From an uncultured Pseudomonadales bacterium (GTDB lineage Bacteria > Patescibacteriota > Microgenomatia > UBA1400 > MFAQ01): 41,767 bases of DNA. Below are positions 16,307 to 25,124 of the stretch, piece by piece (the stretch's first letter is position 1; every line of letters begins with the position of its first letter). Made by a program: the position numbers and the translations under genes. The stretch spans positions 1-41,767 of the forward strand of contig CAZQDQ010000001.1 in NCBI GenBank assembly GCA_964592455.1, given 5' to 3'. The notes under the pieces are model-generated. The model worked only from the letters and a program-made list of their open reading frames with translations. It did not search any database and was not told the origin of the DNA.

Positions 16307-17563
16307 GTGAACAAAATTTTGGCTGTTTTTAAAACCCAAACCATCAAAGATGGGTTTTTGATGGGTTTAGGCACCTTCTTTACTGCTTTTTTTGGTTTTT
16401 TATTCACCATTATCATGGCCAGGAGCCTGTCTCCAGAAAAATTTGGAGTCTTTTCTGCTCTAACTTCGCTTGTTGCCATACTCTACAGTTTGGGTGACCT
16501 GGGTATAGGGCCAGCGATAATAAACTTTCTACCGCGTCACAGAAACCAAGAAACAAAAATAATTAGTACCAGTTTTTGGTTTCAATATGCTGTAGGTCTT
16601 GTTGTGGCCATAGGTTTATGGTTGATAGCAAACCAAAACAACATCATTATCCCAGGGTCATTACCTGGTCACTTTTACTTAGTAGGTTCTTTGTGCTTCA
16701 ATTACATCCTTATCGGCTGGGCCCAGTCTGTCTTAACAGCCAAAAGAGACTTTTTGCGGATTTCGCTAAGTCAGATTATTGATTCAGTAATCAAAATAAT
16801 TCTTGTTTACTATCTATACACTGATAGTGGTTTAAGTATTTCTCTTGCTTTAGCCGCTAACGCCTTATCTGTCTGCATCGCTCTTTTCCTTATTTTTAGC
16901 AAAGAATTAATTGTTGTCCCTTTAAAGTTTGACAAAAAAACATTTGTCAACCTCTTTCATTTTTCAAAATGGATAGCTTTATCTAGATTTTTTTCTGTAT
17001 TTTATTCCAAAGTAGACATTCTTTTGCTCAATCTGTTAGGAACCAGTTTTCAGGCAGGAATCTTTGCTGCCTCAAGCCGGATCACTCTTCTGTTTGCCAT
17101 TATTGTTTCTAGTTTAGGTTCAGTTATAAACCCCAGGTTTGCCCATTTCACACTCAGAAAGGACTTTTTAAACTATTCCAAAAAAGTTTTTTTACTTATC
17201 TCTGGCTTAGCAGTCATACTGTTATTAACAGTTCTATTTGCAAAGCCAATTGTTGTCTTTGTTTTTGGTGAAAAGTTTTCGGAATCTATTAAGGTTTTTC
17301 AGCTTCTTAGCCTGTCGATGATCCCTTTTCTTTACAGCGCTATTTTTACTGCTGCCACACTTTATACTTTTCAGATTCCGTCTTTTTATGCTTTTCTAAC
17401 CTTTTTAAATCTAGGGATAACAGTGGTGGCAAACCTGATTTTAATCCCTAAAATCGGCTACTTTGCCCCTATTTATGGCTCTTTGATAGGAAACACCACC
17501 TGTTTAATTTTAAGTGCTTGGAAAGTAAAACAGCTCTACCATAGCAGTCCTCTTTTAAAATAG
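16307..17563 (+). CDS. Polysaccharide/oligosaccharide flippase, MOP superfamily (Wzx-like)
   Basis: 418 aa with about 12 hydrophobic segments. The N-terminus (IKDGFLMGLGTFFTAFFGFLFTIIMARSLSPEKFGVFSAL) is typical of the Polysacc_synt/Wzx family. It starts at GTG. Confidence 0.7.
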   Translation: MNKILAVFKTQTIKDGFLMGLGTFFTAFFGFLFTIIMARSLSPEKFGVFSALTSLVAILYSLGDLGIGPAIINFLPRHRNQETKIISTSFWFQYAVGLVVAIGLWLIANQNNIIIPGSLPGHFYLVGSLCFNYILIGWAQSVLTAKRDFLRISLSQIIDSVIKIILVYYLYTDSGLSISLALAANALSVCIALFLIFSKELIVVPLKFDKKTFVNLFHFSKWIALSRFFSVFYSKVDILLLNLLGTSFQAGIFAASSRITLLFAIIVSSLGSVINPRFAHFTLRKDFLNYSKKVFLLISGLAVILLLTVLFAKPIVVFVFGEKFSESIKVFQLLSLSMIPFLYSAIFTAATLYTFQIPSFYAFLTFLNLGITVVANLILIPKIGYFAPIYGSLIGNTTCLILSAWKVKQLYHSSPLLK

Positions 17564-18265
17564 GTTGTATTTAATCACACACCACAGCGCCCAAAAACCA
17601 TCTTTCCAGCCTATTTTTTTACCTTGCTCATATTTTCTCCCCTTGTAGCTGATACCTATTTCGTACAGTCTGCAATTCATTTTTGCTATTTTTGCTGTTA
17701 CTTCTGGCTCAAAACCAAATCTATTTTCGTTTATTTTTACTCTCTTAATTACTTTTGTTCTAAAAACCTTATAACCAGTCTCCATATCGGTAAGATTAAG
17801 GTTGGTAAATGCGTTAGAAACCAAAGTTAAAAACCTGTTAGCTACCATGTGCCAAAAAAACAGTACTCTATGTGGTTGACCTCCCATAAACCGCGACCCA
17901 TAAACGACATCGGCGTACCCCAGTCTTATTGGCCTAACCAGTTTTCTGATTTCTCTTGGAGAATATTCCAGATCAGCATCCTGTATAACTACAGCTTGGC
18001 CTGTTACCCTTTTCAATCCCGCTCTAATTGCCGCCCCCTTCCCTCGATTAATACTCAGTCTAACGACCTTAATAGTTACTCCATACTTTTCCCTTTTTCT
18101 TTTAAAATTTTTAATTTCTTTGTATGTTCCATCTATAGATCCGTCATCTACAACTATAATTTCCTTCTTTAAACCATCAATTTTAACTTTAACTAGCGCA
18201 GAAAGTGTTTTTTTAATAAAACGCTCCTCGTTAAAAACTGGAACTATAATCGAGATTTTTTTCAT
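17555..18265 (-). CDS. GT2 polyprenyl-phosphate sugar synthase (DPM1/ALG5/GtrB-like)
   Basis: Motifs: ISIIVPVFNEE...IIVVDDGSIDGT, INRGKGAAIRAGL, QDADLEY, VVYGSRF, LTDMETGYKVF, FGFEPEVTAKI, ISYKGRKYEQGKKIGWKDG. This block order is characteristic of the dolichyl/undecaprenyl-phosphate glycosyltransferase subgroup of GT2. The ATG at complement(18263-18265) is preferred over the track's GTG at 18292. Confidence 0.75.
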   Translation of the reverse strand: MKKISIIVPVFNEERFIKKTLSALVKVKIDGLKKEIIVVDDGSIDGTYKEIKNFKRKREKYGVTIKVVRLSINRGKGAAIRAGLKRVTGQAVVIQDADLEYSPREIRKLVRPIRLGYADVVYGSRFMGGQPHRVLFFWHMVANRFLTLVSNAFTNLNLTDMETGYKVFRTKVIKRVKINENRFGFEPEVTAKIAKMNCRLYEIGISYKGRKYEQGKKIGWKDGFWALWCVIKYNLF

Positions 18266-18273
18266 GAAAAAGC

Positions 18274-18279
18274 TATAAT
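18274..18279 (+). promoter_or_regulatory. Perfect TATAAT -10 hexamer 5 nt upstream of the GTG start at 18285
   Basis: Read directly from agcTATAATcaattGTG. It lies in the 19-nt gap between the divergent start codons (18265 minus, 18285 plus). Confidence 0.4.
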
Positions 18280-18284
18280 CAATT

Positions 18285-19574
18285 GTGCCCACATTTTATC
18301 AGTATTTAGCCTTCATATTGCCTTTTGCTTATACACTAATAAATGGTTATTTTTTATCTGTTGAATTTAGTCTATACCCATATTTTATTTCAGTAGGACT
18401 TCTGCCTTACAAAAACATTGTTGACCAGCACTTTCCCAGTCATTTTTTTGGATTTTTTTCTTTCCCTTTTATCTTGGTAAACGACCCCAAAAAACTCTTA
18501 ATAATGCTTGTTAGTCTAAATCTGCTAACAATATACCTTCTGCTTGTTACACTAAAAAATCTCAAGGTCATCAGATATCAAGCTTGGACCTTAATATTCT
18601 CTCTTCTGCTTGTTTTTTTCTCCGTCAACACCTTGTGGATAGAGACATTTATTTGTTTTTATCTTACTCTCGTTTTTTTCTTAAGTACAAAAAAAGAGCC
18701 TTACTATCATTTTGTGTCTGGAATAATTATTAGCCAGGCAATCCTTTTACGTCCGACTATTGCCTTTTTCTTATTTGGTTACTTTCTTTATCTGGCCAAA
18801 AACAAGGCTCATGTTTTCTTTGGTAGCCTTTTTGGCTTTATTTTAAGTTTTTGGTACTTAGTAGAAAAAAATATTCTTTTAGACTTTTACCAAGTTGTCA
18901 TTGCTTTTAATAGAGATGTTTACGCTTTTGTTCAAAGCCAAGCTCCCACTTTTCGCCAAATATTTACCATTGGTTTGTTGATTCTTATTTTTACTGGATT
19001 AAATCTTTGGAAAAAAAAGTATCTTTACGCCATCCTTGGTTTATCAACCACAATTCTTGCTTGGCCCCGCTTTGGCTTAGAACATCTTCAGGTATTTATT
19101 CTCACCTTTGTTTATTTTTTGTCTCAGCTAAACTTAGATAAAAAAGTCATCAATTTTCTTTTGGCAATCTCTATTTTAGTTAGTGTGCAGTCCTGGTTGT
19201 CCATTTTAAAAGGTGTTTATGGAAACTACTTTTATACACCAACCGTTTTGGAAATATCAAAACAAATAAAACAACTACCAGATAAAAACATTTATTTGTA
19301 TGGTGCTTCTGACCTCATCTATCAGCTAGCCGAAAAACTACCACCCAACAACTACTACTTACCATCACTGCCATGGTATATAAACCATATGCCATTTCAA
19401 AAAAAGCTAAAACAATCACTCTTGCTCACTAAGACAGTAATTATCGACCCAGATTTTACCGTCGATGGTCAAAAATTGATTGACACCACACCAGAACTGC
19501 TCTCATATATTAAAATGAACTACTACAAAGACGGGAATATTAAACATTTAGAAATCTACAAATTAAAACAATGA
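18285..19574 (+). CDS. Polytopic membrane protein with a C-terminal soluble domain of about 100 aa; possible GT-C-like glycosyltransferase
   Basis: 429 aa with about 10 hydrophobic segments and a hydrophilic C-terminus (YGASDLIYQLAEKLPPNNYYLPSLPWY...). It is divergently paired with the polyprenyl-phosphate GT2. I recognise no diagnostic motif. Confidence 0.4.
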   Translation: MPTFYQYLAFILPFAYTLINGYFLSVEFSLYPYFISVGLLPYKNIVDQHFPSHFFGFFSFPFILVNDPKKLLIMLVSLNLLTIYLLLVTLKNLKVIRYQAWTLIFSLLLVFFSVNTLWIETFICFYLTLVFFLSTKKEPYYHFVSGIIISQAILLRPTIAFFLFGYFLYLAKNKAHVFFGSLFGFILSFWYLVEKNILLDFYQVVIAFNRDVYAFVQSQAPTFRQIFTIGLLILIFTGLNLWKKKYLYAILGLSTTILAWPRFGLEHLQVFILTFVYFLSQLNLDKKVINFLLAISILVSVQSWLSILKGVYGNYFYTPTVLEISKQIKQLPDKNIYLYGASDLIYQLAEKLPPNNYYLPSLPWYINHMPFQKKLKQSLLLTKTVIIDPDFTVDGQKLIDTTPELLSYIKMNYYKDGNIKHLEIYKLKQ

Positions 19575-20674
19575 GAGTTGCAATTGATATCAGTCAGTCA
19601 ATTTACGGTACTGGGGTTTCCGTTTACACCAAGGAATTAGTAAAAAACCTCACCAGTCTTTACCCAGAGACTGAATTTGTCTTATTTGGTGGATCTCTAA
19701 GGAGAAAAAAAGAGCTTTTAGCCATAGCTAAAAAGTTAGGCGGTGTCCCCAAAATATACCCTTTCCCCCCAAGCTTAATGGATTTTATTTGGAACTCGCT
19801 CCACATTTATCCAATTGAAAATTTAACAGGTAAGGTAGATATTTTTCACAGTTCAGACTGGACCGAACCACCTAGCAAAATTCCCAAAGTTACTACTGTT
19901 CACGACTTGGTGCCTTTTAAGTACCCACAAACCACAACAGATAGCATTAGAAACGCCCACAAGAAAAAAATTGCTTGGGTAATAAGAGAATCAAAAAAAA
20001 TTATTGCTGTCAGCGAATCAACAAAAGAAGACTTAATAAATATACTAAAGGTTCCGGAGGGAAAAATAGTTGTTATACCAGAAGGAGTAGAAGAAAAGAT
20101 GAGGCCGCAACCAATTGAAATACAAGAAATAGTAAAACGACGCTATAAAACCGGTGACGATTACCTCTTTGCGTTATCAACTCTAGAACCAAGAAAAAAC
20201 CAGACTGGTTTACTAAAAGCCTTTAAAATCGTCAAAAAAACCTATCCTAATCTAAAACTTGTCATCGGCGGCATGAAACGATCCGATGGTATCAAGATCG
20301 AGGATGACGATGTTCTTGTTTTAGGTTACATACCTCAATCAGATCTGCCGGCTTTATATTCTGGTTGTTTGGCATTCATTCACCCTGCTTTTTACGAAGG
20401 GTTTGGTTTAACCCCACTTGAGGCTATGGCTTGTGGAGCTCCTGTGGCTGTTTCGAACACCTCGAGTTTGCCAGAAGTTGTTGGTAAAGCGGGCCATTAC
20501 TTTGACCCAAAGGATGAAAACTCCATGGCTTCCAGTATAATCAAGACCATCCAAGACAGGGCTAAACTGAGGCATTTAGGCTTAGCTCAGGCACAAAAGT
20601 TCTCATTCAAACAAGCCGCACAAAGAACATATAAGGTATATAAGGATGTTCTGGAGGATCTTGGAAAACTATGA
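19571..20674 (+). CDS. Glycosyltransferase family 4 (group 1, GT-B)
   Basis: MRVAIDISQ... at the N-terminus, the EX7E region YEGFGLTPLEAMACGAPVAVSNTSSLPEVVG, and an ATGA overlap. Confidence 0.85.
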   Translation: MRVAIDISQSIYGTGVSVYTKELVKNLTSLYPETEFVLFGGSLRRKKELLAIAKKLGGVPKIYPFPPSLMDFIWNSLHIYPIENLTGKVDIFHSSDWTEPPSKIPKVTTVHDLVPFKYPQTTTDSIRNAHKKKIAWVIRESKKIIAVSESTKEDLINILKVPEGKIVVIPEGVEEKMRPQPIEIQEIVKRRYKTGDDYLFALSTLEPRKNQTGLLKAFKIVKKTYPNLKLVIGGMKRSDGIKIEDDDVLVLGYIPQSDLPALYSGCLAFIHPAFYEGFGLTPLEAMACGAPVAVSNTSSLPEVVGKAGHYFDPKDENSMASSIIKTIQDRAKLRHLGLAQAQKFSFKQAAQRTYKVYKDVLEDLGKL

Positions 20675-21792
20675 AAATAGGTATCGACATTAATGAAGCA
20701 AATATTCCTCAAAGAGTTGGGGTAAATAGACTTGCTTATGAGATTTTTCGTAATATGGTTTTGGCGCTTCCTGAAGACGATCAAATAATTGCTTTTTCCA
20801 AAGAGAATCCTTTGCCAGACATGCCTGTTGCCTCAAAAAAATTGACTTATGAAATTTTCGGGTCCAAAAGAGCTTGGGTGCTTACAAGTCTTACCAAAAG
20901 GCTCCTTTTTGGAAAACCAAAAGTGGATGTTTTATTTTCTCCCAGTCATTACACACCTCTATTTACCTTCACACCGTCATACATATATTTAATGGACATG
21001 TCATATGAGAGATTTGGTACTGAATATTTTACTACTTACGATATAAATCAGTTAAAAAAATGGACATCTCTTTCTGTAAAAAAAGCAAAAAAAATTTTAA
21101 CTATTTCTGAGTTCTCAAAAAAAGAAATTGCAGAGATCTACAAAATCAGTCCAAACAAGATTGAAGTCATATACCCCTCATTTGACAAAGAAGTGTTTCA
21201 CGGCAAGATTCCAAAAACAAAACTAGATCAAATTCGAAAAAAATACAAAATAAGAGGAAAATACTTATTTTATTGGGGAACACTTCAACCAAGAAAAAAC
21301 ATCAGCCGTCTAATAGACGCTTTTTCCCGTTTAAAAAACAAAACCTGCAAACTTGTAATTTGTGGAAAGCGAGGGTGGTTATATGATCAGATATTCGATT
21401 TAGCAAAACGTTTAAAAGTCGAAGACAGAGTTCAATTCATTGGATTTGCTCCTGATGAGGACTTGCCAGCACTCATAAAATCCAGCCAAGGCTTCATTCT
21501 ACCAAGTTTGTACGAAGGGTTTGGTATGCCAGTCATTGAGGCACAAGCAGTTGGTGTGCCAGTTGTAGTTTCCAACACTAGTTCGTTACCAGAAGTTGCT
21601 GGGGATTCAGCTATTTTTATAGATGACCCAGATTCGGTTTCAAGTATTCAAAAATCACTGCAGCAACTTTTATCTTTGACAAAAAAGGAAAAAGAGAAAA
21701 TAATCAGAGAAGGCAAAGAAAATGTAAAAAGATTTGACTGGTCCACGTCAGCCAAAAAACTTATAAAAATACTAAAAAATGAAAATACTTAA
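20671..21792 (+). CDS. Glycosyltransferase family 4 (group 1, GT-B); tandem paralogue of the preceding gene
   Basis: MKIGIDINEA..., YEGFGMPVIEAQAVGVPVVVSNTSSLPEVAG, and an ATGA overlap. Confidence 0.85.
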   Translation: MKIGIDINEANIPQRVGVNRLAYEIFRNMVLALPEDDQIIAFSKENPLPDMPVASKKLTYEIFGSKRAWVLTSLTKRLLFGKPKVDVLFSPSHYTPLFTFTPSYIYLMDMSYERFGTEYFTTYDINQLKKWTSLSVKKAKKILTISEFSKKEIAEIYKISPNKIEVIYPSFDKEVFHGKIPKTKLDQIRKKYKIRGKYLFYWGTLQPRKNISRLIDAFSRLKNKTCKLVICGKRGWLYDQIFDLAKRLKVEDRVQFIGFAPDEDLPALIKSSQGFILPSLYEGFGMPVIEAQAVGVPVVVSNTSSLPEVAGDSAIFIDDPDSVSSIQKSLQQLLSLTKKEKEKIIREGKENVKRFDWSTSAKKLIKILKNENT

Positions 21793-22414
21793 TTTGCACC
21801 TCACTTCATCAGGTCTCTATTTTACCGACAAAGACGATGAAAAACTTTCCTTGGCCGATTCTATAAAAAGAATAGTTATCCGCTTTTTTAGTATCTTTGT
21901 TGATTTGCAAATCTACCTCTTAAAAATAATTGCTAATTTCCCCTCTCACCTAGTCAGAAACTTCTTTTTTAGACTTTCTGGAATAAAAATAGGCAAAAAC
22001 TCAACTTTTCATGTTGGCGCAAAATTTTATTACCCCAAAAACATTGCCATTGGTGAGGGGACTATTATTGGCTATGGAGTCTTTATTGACGGTAGGGAAA
22101 AGGTAAAAATTGGAAACCATACTGATATAGCTTCAGAAGTTATGATTTACAACTCCGAGCACGACTTAAAAGACCCAAAGTTCAAAGCGATTACCGCCCC
22201 AGTCACAATCGGTGATTATTGTTTTATTGGTCCAAGAGTCATTATTATGCCAGGCGTAAATATCGGTAATGGCTCTATAGTAGCTGGCGGTGCTGTTGTC
22301 ACTAAAGATGTCGATGATTTCACCATTGTTGGTGGAGTTCCAGCAAAATTCATTGCCGTAAGACAAATCAAAAATCCAAAATACAGACTTGGCCGACCTA
22401 GACTATTTCAATGA
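21779..22414 (+). CDS. Sugar O-acetyltransferase, left-handed beta-helix (hexapeptide repeat) family
   Basis: Hexapeptide repeats: IGEGTIIGYGVFIDG...IGNHTDIAS...IGDYCFIGPRVIIMPGVNIGNGSIVAGGAVVTKDV...VGGVPAKFI. There is also an N-terminal hydrophobic segment, as in WcaF/WcaB-like enzymes. Confidence 0.8.
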   Translation: MKILNLHLTSSGLYFTDKDDEKLSLADSIKRIVIRFFSIFVDLQIYLLKIIANFPSHLVRNFFFRLSGIKIGKNSTFHVGAKFYYPKNIAIGEGTIIGYGVFIDGREKVKIGNHTDIASEVMIYNSEHDLKDPKFKAITAPVTIGDYCFIGPRVIIMPGVNIGNGSIVAGGAVVTKDVDDFTIVGGVPAKFIAVRQIKNPKYRLGRPRLFQ

Positions 22415-22962
22415 AACACCTTTATCTATTATTAACCATTTACTTGCTTGGAGTTGTTTACTTAGCTCAACCAATACCACAACTACCAACCTTAGATAAC
22501 GCAACTTTGTCTAATGAGGAAGGGGACACCTGGCAAAATCCGGACCAGAGAGGGTACTATACAAATCTGACAAGAAATGAAGTAACAAGCCAGATCCAAA
22601 AAAAAAGCCAGATTCAGATTTTTGGCAAAACTATTCCCAATTACCGATTAAACTATCGTCCAGAAGAGGCTCATGAGCTGATTCGCGACCAGCTAAAAAG
22701 CAACTACATGGAAGAGGTTGTTTACCCTTTAAGAAGCTCCATATTTATTAATGGTTGGGAACCAAAAAAATCACCTTTCTACGCCAACAAACCAGCCAAA
22801 GAAATTCCAGACATTTCAATATACGGAGTCCCATACGAAGCCAAAATAACTCTAAAACCCAACAATAGTCATTTTTTAGCACGGCTAATAATTTGGAGCA
22901 CAGCCTTTCCTTTGGCTTACCTTTGCTTTATCTCGCTCAAAAAGAGTTTTCTTTATGTCTAA
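22411..22962 (+). CDS. Hypothetical bitopic membrane protein: N-terminal signal/anchor, hydrophilic domain of about 140 aa, C-terminal TM
   Basis: 183 aa. The N-terminus is MKHLYLLLTIYLLGVVYLA and the C-terminal helix is LARLIIWSTAFPLAYLCFISL. It is translationally coupled on both sides (ATGA upstream, 8-nt overlap downstream). I recognise no family. Confidence 0.5.
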   Translation: MKHLYLLLTIYLLGVVYLAQPIPQLPTLDNATLSNEEGDTWQNPDQRGYYTNLTRNEVTSQIQKKSQIQIFGKTIPNYRLNYRPEEAHELIRDQLKSNYMEEVVYPLRSSIFINGWEPKKSPFYANKPAKEIPDISIYGVPYEAKITLKPNNSHFLARLIIWSTAFPLAYLCFISLKKSFLYV

Positions 22963-23869
22963 AGGTAATTATCTTTTCACTATACAGATTATTTCGCATA
23001 ATACTTGCAGTGTCCTCAAAGACTGTCTTGACTCTTTATACAAAAAAACTACTGATGTAAGCTTTGAGGTTATTGTTGTTGATCATAACTCCCAAGATGA
23101 TTCTGTAGAAATGCTCGCCATTTTCAAAAAAAAGCACCAGAATTTTACCCTTGTCAAGGAAAAAACCAACCCAGGTTTTGGAGTAGGTCATAACCATGCA
23201 GCCAAATTAGCCAGAGGTAAATACCTAATCCTTCTTAATTCCGACACTTTGTTTATCGATAACACTCTCAAAAACATTGAAAATAAAATAAAGAAAATTA
23301 AAGAACTTGGCATCTATTCAGTTAAGTTACTCAACAAAGATGGCAGCTTCCAGGGTTCAGGTGGATACTTTCCTACTTTAATTAACCTTTTTCTTTGGCA
23401 GCTTGGAATAGACGATATTCCATATCTTGGCAACATTTTTAAATCATTCCATCCAAAAGAATACAGCCTGGCTTACAAGCATGGACCGCAATGGGTAACT
23501 GGCGCTTTTATGGTTATACCAAAAGATACTTATGACACAGTAGGCGGCTTTGATGAAAATATTTTTATGTACACCGAAGAAATGGAAATGGCTTATAGAA
23601 TCAAAAAAGTGGGGAAAACTATTGTTTTTGATGGTGATGAGAAAATAATTCATCTTGGTGGAGCTTCGGGTGGAAGTTATCTAGCACTCACAAACGAAGT
23701 TAAAAATATTATTTATTTTTGGAAAAAACACAAACCTAGATGGCAGCTTCCTATAGTGAAACTCCTTATATCCTTAGGATCATTGCTTCGCCTGGTCTTT
23801 TTTGGGATAATAAGACAAAATGAAACCTCCAAAAAGGCCTATCTCGAGTGTCTTAGACTCTGCTCTTAA
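22955..23869 (+). CDS. Glycosyltransferase family 2 (GT-A)
   Basis: Motifs: FEVIVVDHNSQDDS, LNSDT (DxD-equivalent), GGFDENIFMYTEEMEMAYR. Confidence 0.8.
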   Translation: MSKGNYLFTIQIISHNTCSVLKDCLDSLYKKTTDVSFEVIVVDHNSQDDSVEMLAIFKKKHQNFTLVKEKTNPGFGVGHNHAAKLARGKYLILLNSDTLFIDNTLKNIENKIKKIKELGIYSVKLLNKDGSFQGSGGYFPTLINLFLWQLGIDDIPYLGNIFKSFHPKEYSLAYKHGPQWVTGAFMVIPKDTYDTVGGFDENIFMYTEEMEMAYRIKKVGKTIVFDGDEKIIHLGGASGGSYLALTNEVKNIIYFWKKHKPRWQLPIVKLLISLGSLLRLVFFGIIRQNETSKKAYLECLRLCS

Positions 23870-25124
23870 ATATTTAGCCGCCGCAATTCTCATATTTATT
23901 CCCTTATATCCTAAGTTTCCTTTATTTTTTGTTCCCTTCACTTACGTGGCTATCAGAGCAGAAGATTTTCTCATTGGTATCACTTTATTGGTGCTTTTTC
24001 TTAAATTTGTCTCAGATAGAAGCCTTAGGCTCCCAAAGATCAGCTTTCAGATCTTTGTCTTTTTATTAATTGCCCTGGTTTCGACATTATCTGCCATATT
24101 TGTTACCAAAACAGTAAATCCACCTTTAGCCATTTTGCATTTTTTGCGCCGTATTGAATATATGTCTGCTTTTTTTATCATTTATTTTGCTGCCCAAAAC
24201 TTTGGGAGTAGAAACTATCTTTTTAAGTTAAGTGTTTTACCTGCCATTGGAGTTTTGTGCTACGGATTGGCTCAAATATATCTAGGTGCCCCAGTCATCT
24301 CTACTATGGATTCTGAATCTAGTAAGGGAGTAGCACTTACCCTACGGCCAGGTGTCATGCTCAACAGCACATTTGCCGGCCACTACGACCTAGCTATCTA
24401 CCTTATAATGATAATGACTTTTTTGGCAGCCATTGCCTTTTCAAGTCCCAAAAAACATCAAATTGCTCTGTTAACAATTCCCTTTTGGACGCTTTTATGG
24501 CTGTTTATGCAAGCAGGATCTCGAATAGGCCTAATAGGGCTTACTTTTTCTATTCTGGTTCTTGGGTATTATTACAAAAAATACTTCCTTTCACTCATTT
24601 ACCTTTCTATAGTCTTCGCAACAATTTTCACCTCACCACAATACGTGGTTAGGTTTCAAAACATTATTAACATTGTCAAAGATAAAATTAGTCTCCAAAA
24701 TATCTTTACGGTTCATGCCTCAGAACAACCACAGCGAGCCATTCAAAAGGACACCTCTACGAGTATCCGCTTCGACGTAGAGTGGCCAAGAGCTATCCGT
24801 GCTTTTTACAAGAATCCGATTTTTGGAACCGGCTACTCTTCAATTTCTTTAGCCACAGACAACGACTATCTTCGTTTAATGGGTGAGGTTGGCTTGTTAG
24901 GTCTCATAAGTTTTATTAGTATTCTTATTTACATTTTTCAGTTTCTAAAAAAGTCTATTATCAGTACAAGTGGTCAAAACAAGCTGATAAATATTTCAGT
25001 CATGGGAATATTTGTGGCTTTTGTTACTTCTGCTATTTTTATAGATGTTTTTGAGTCCAGCAAAATAGCCATTCTTTTTTGGTCCTTTATAGGCTTAGCA
25101 TTTAGCACAATCAAAAGCGCATGA
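23820..25124 (+). CDS. O-antigen ligase / polymerase-like membrane protein (Wzy_C family)
   Basis: 434 aa and polytopic. It contains MQAGSRIGLIGLTFSILVL and a large loop, SIRFDVEWPRAIRAFYKNPIFGTGYSS, which is the typical R...W...P.fG.G pattern of the Wzy_C/O-antigen ligase family. It overlaps the upstream gene by 50 nt. Confidence 0.65.
   Translation: MKPPKRPISSVLDSALKYLAAAILIFIPLYPKFPLFFVPFTYVAIRAEDFLIGITLLVLFLKFVSDRSLRLPKISFQIFVFLLIALVSTLSAIFVTKTVNPPLAILHFLRRIEYMSAFFIIYFAAQNFGSRNYLFKLSVLPAIGVLCYGLAQIYLGAPVISTMDSESSKGVALTLRPGVMLNSTFAGHYDLAIYLIMIMTFLAAIAFSSPKKHQIALLTIPFWTLLWLFMQAGSRIGLIGLTFSILVLGYYYKKYFLSLIYLSIVFATIFTSPQYVVRFQNIINIVKDKISLQNIFTVHASEQPQRAIQKDTSTSIRFDVEWPRAIRAFYKNPIFGTGYSSISLATDNDYLRLMGEVGLLGLISFISILIYIFQFLKKSIISTSGQNKLINISVMGIFVAFVTSAIFIDVFESSKIAILFWSFIGLAFSTIKSA

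Noticed and set aside
17624-18172. Plus-strand ORFs 17624-17830 and 17849-18172
   Set aside because: They are antisense to the strongly supported minus-strand GT2 (polyprenyl-phosphate glycosyltransferase motifs) and are Cys/Phe/Ser-rich nonsense.
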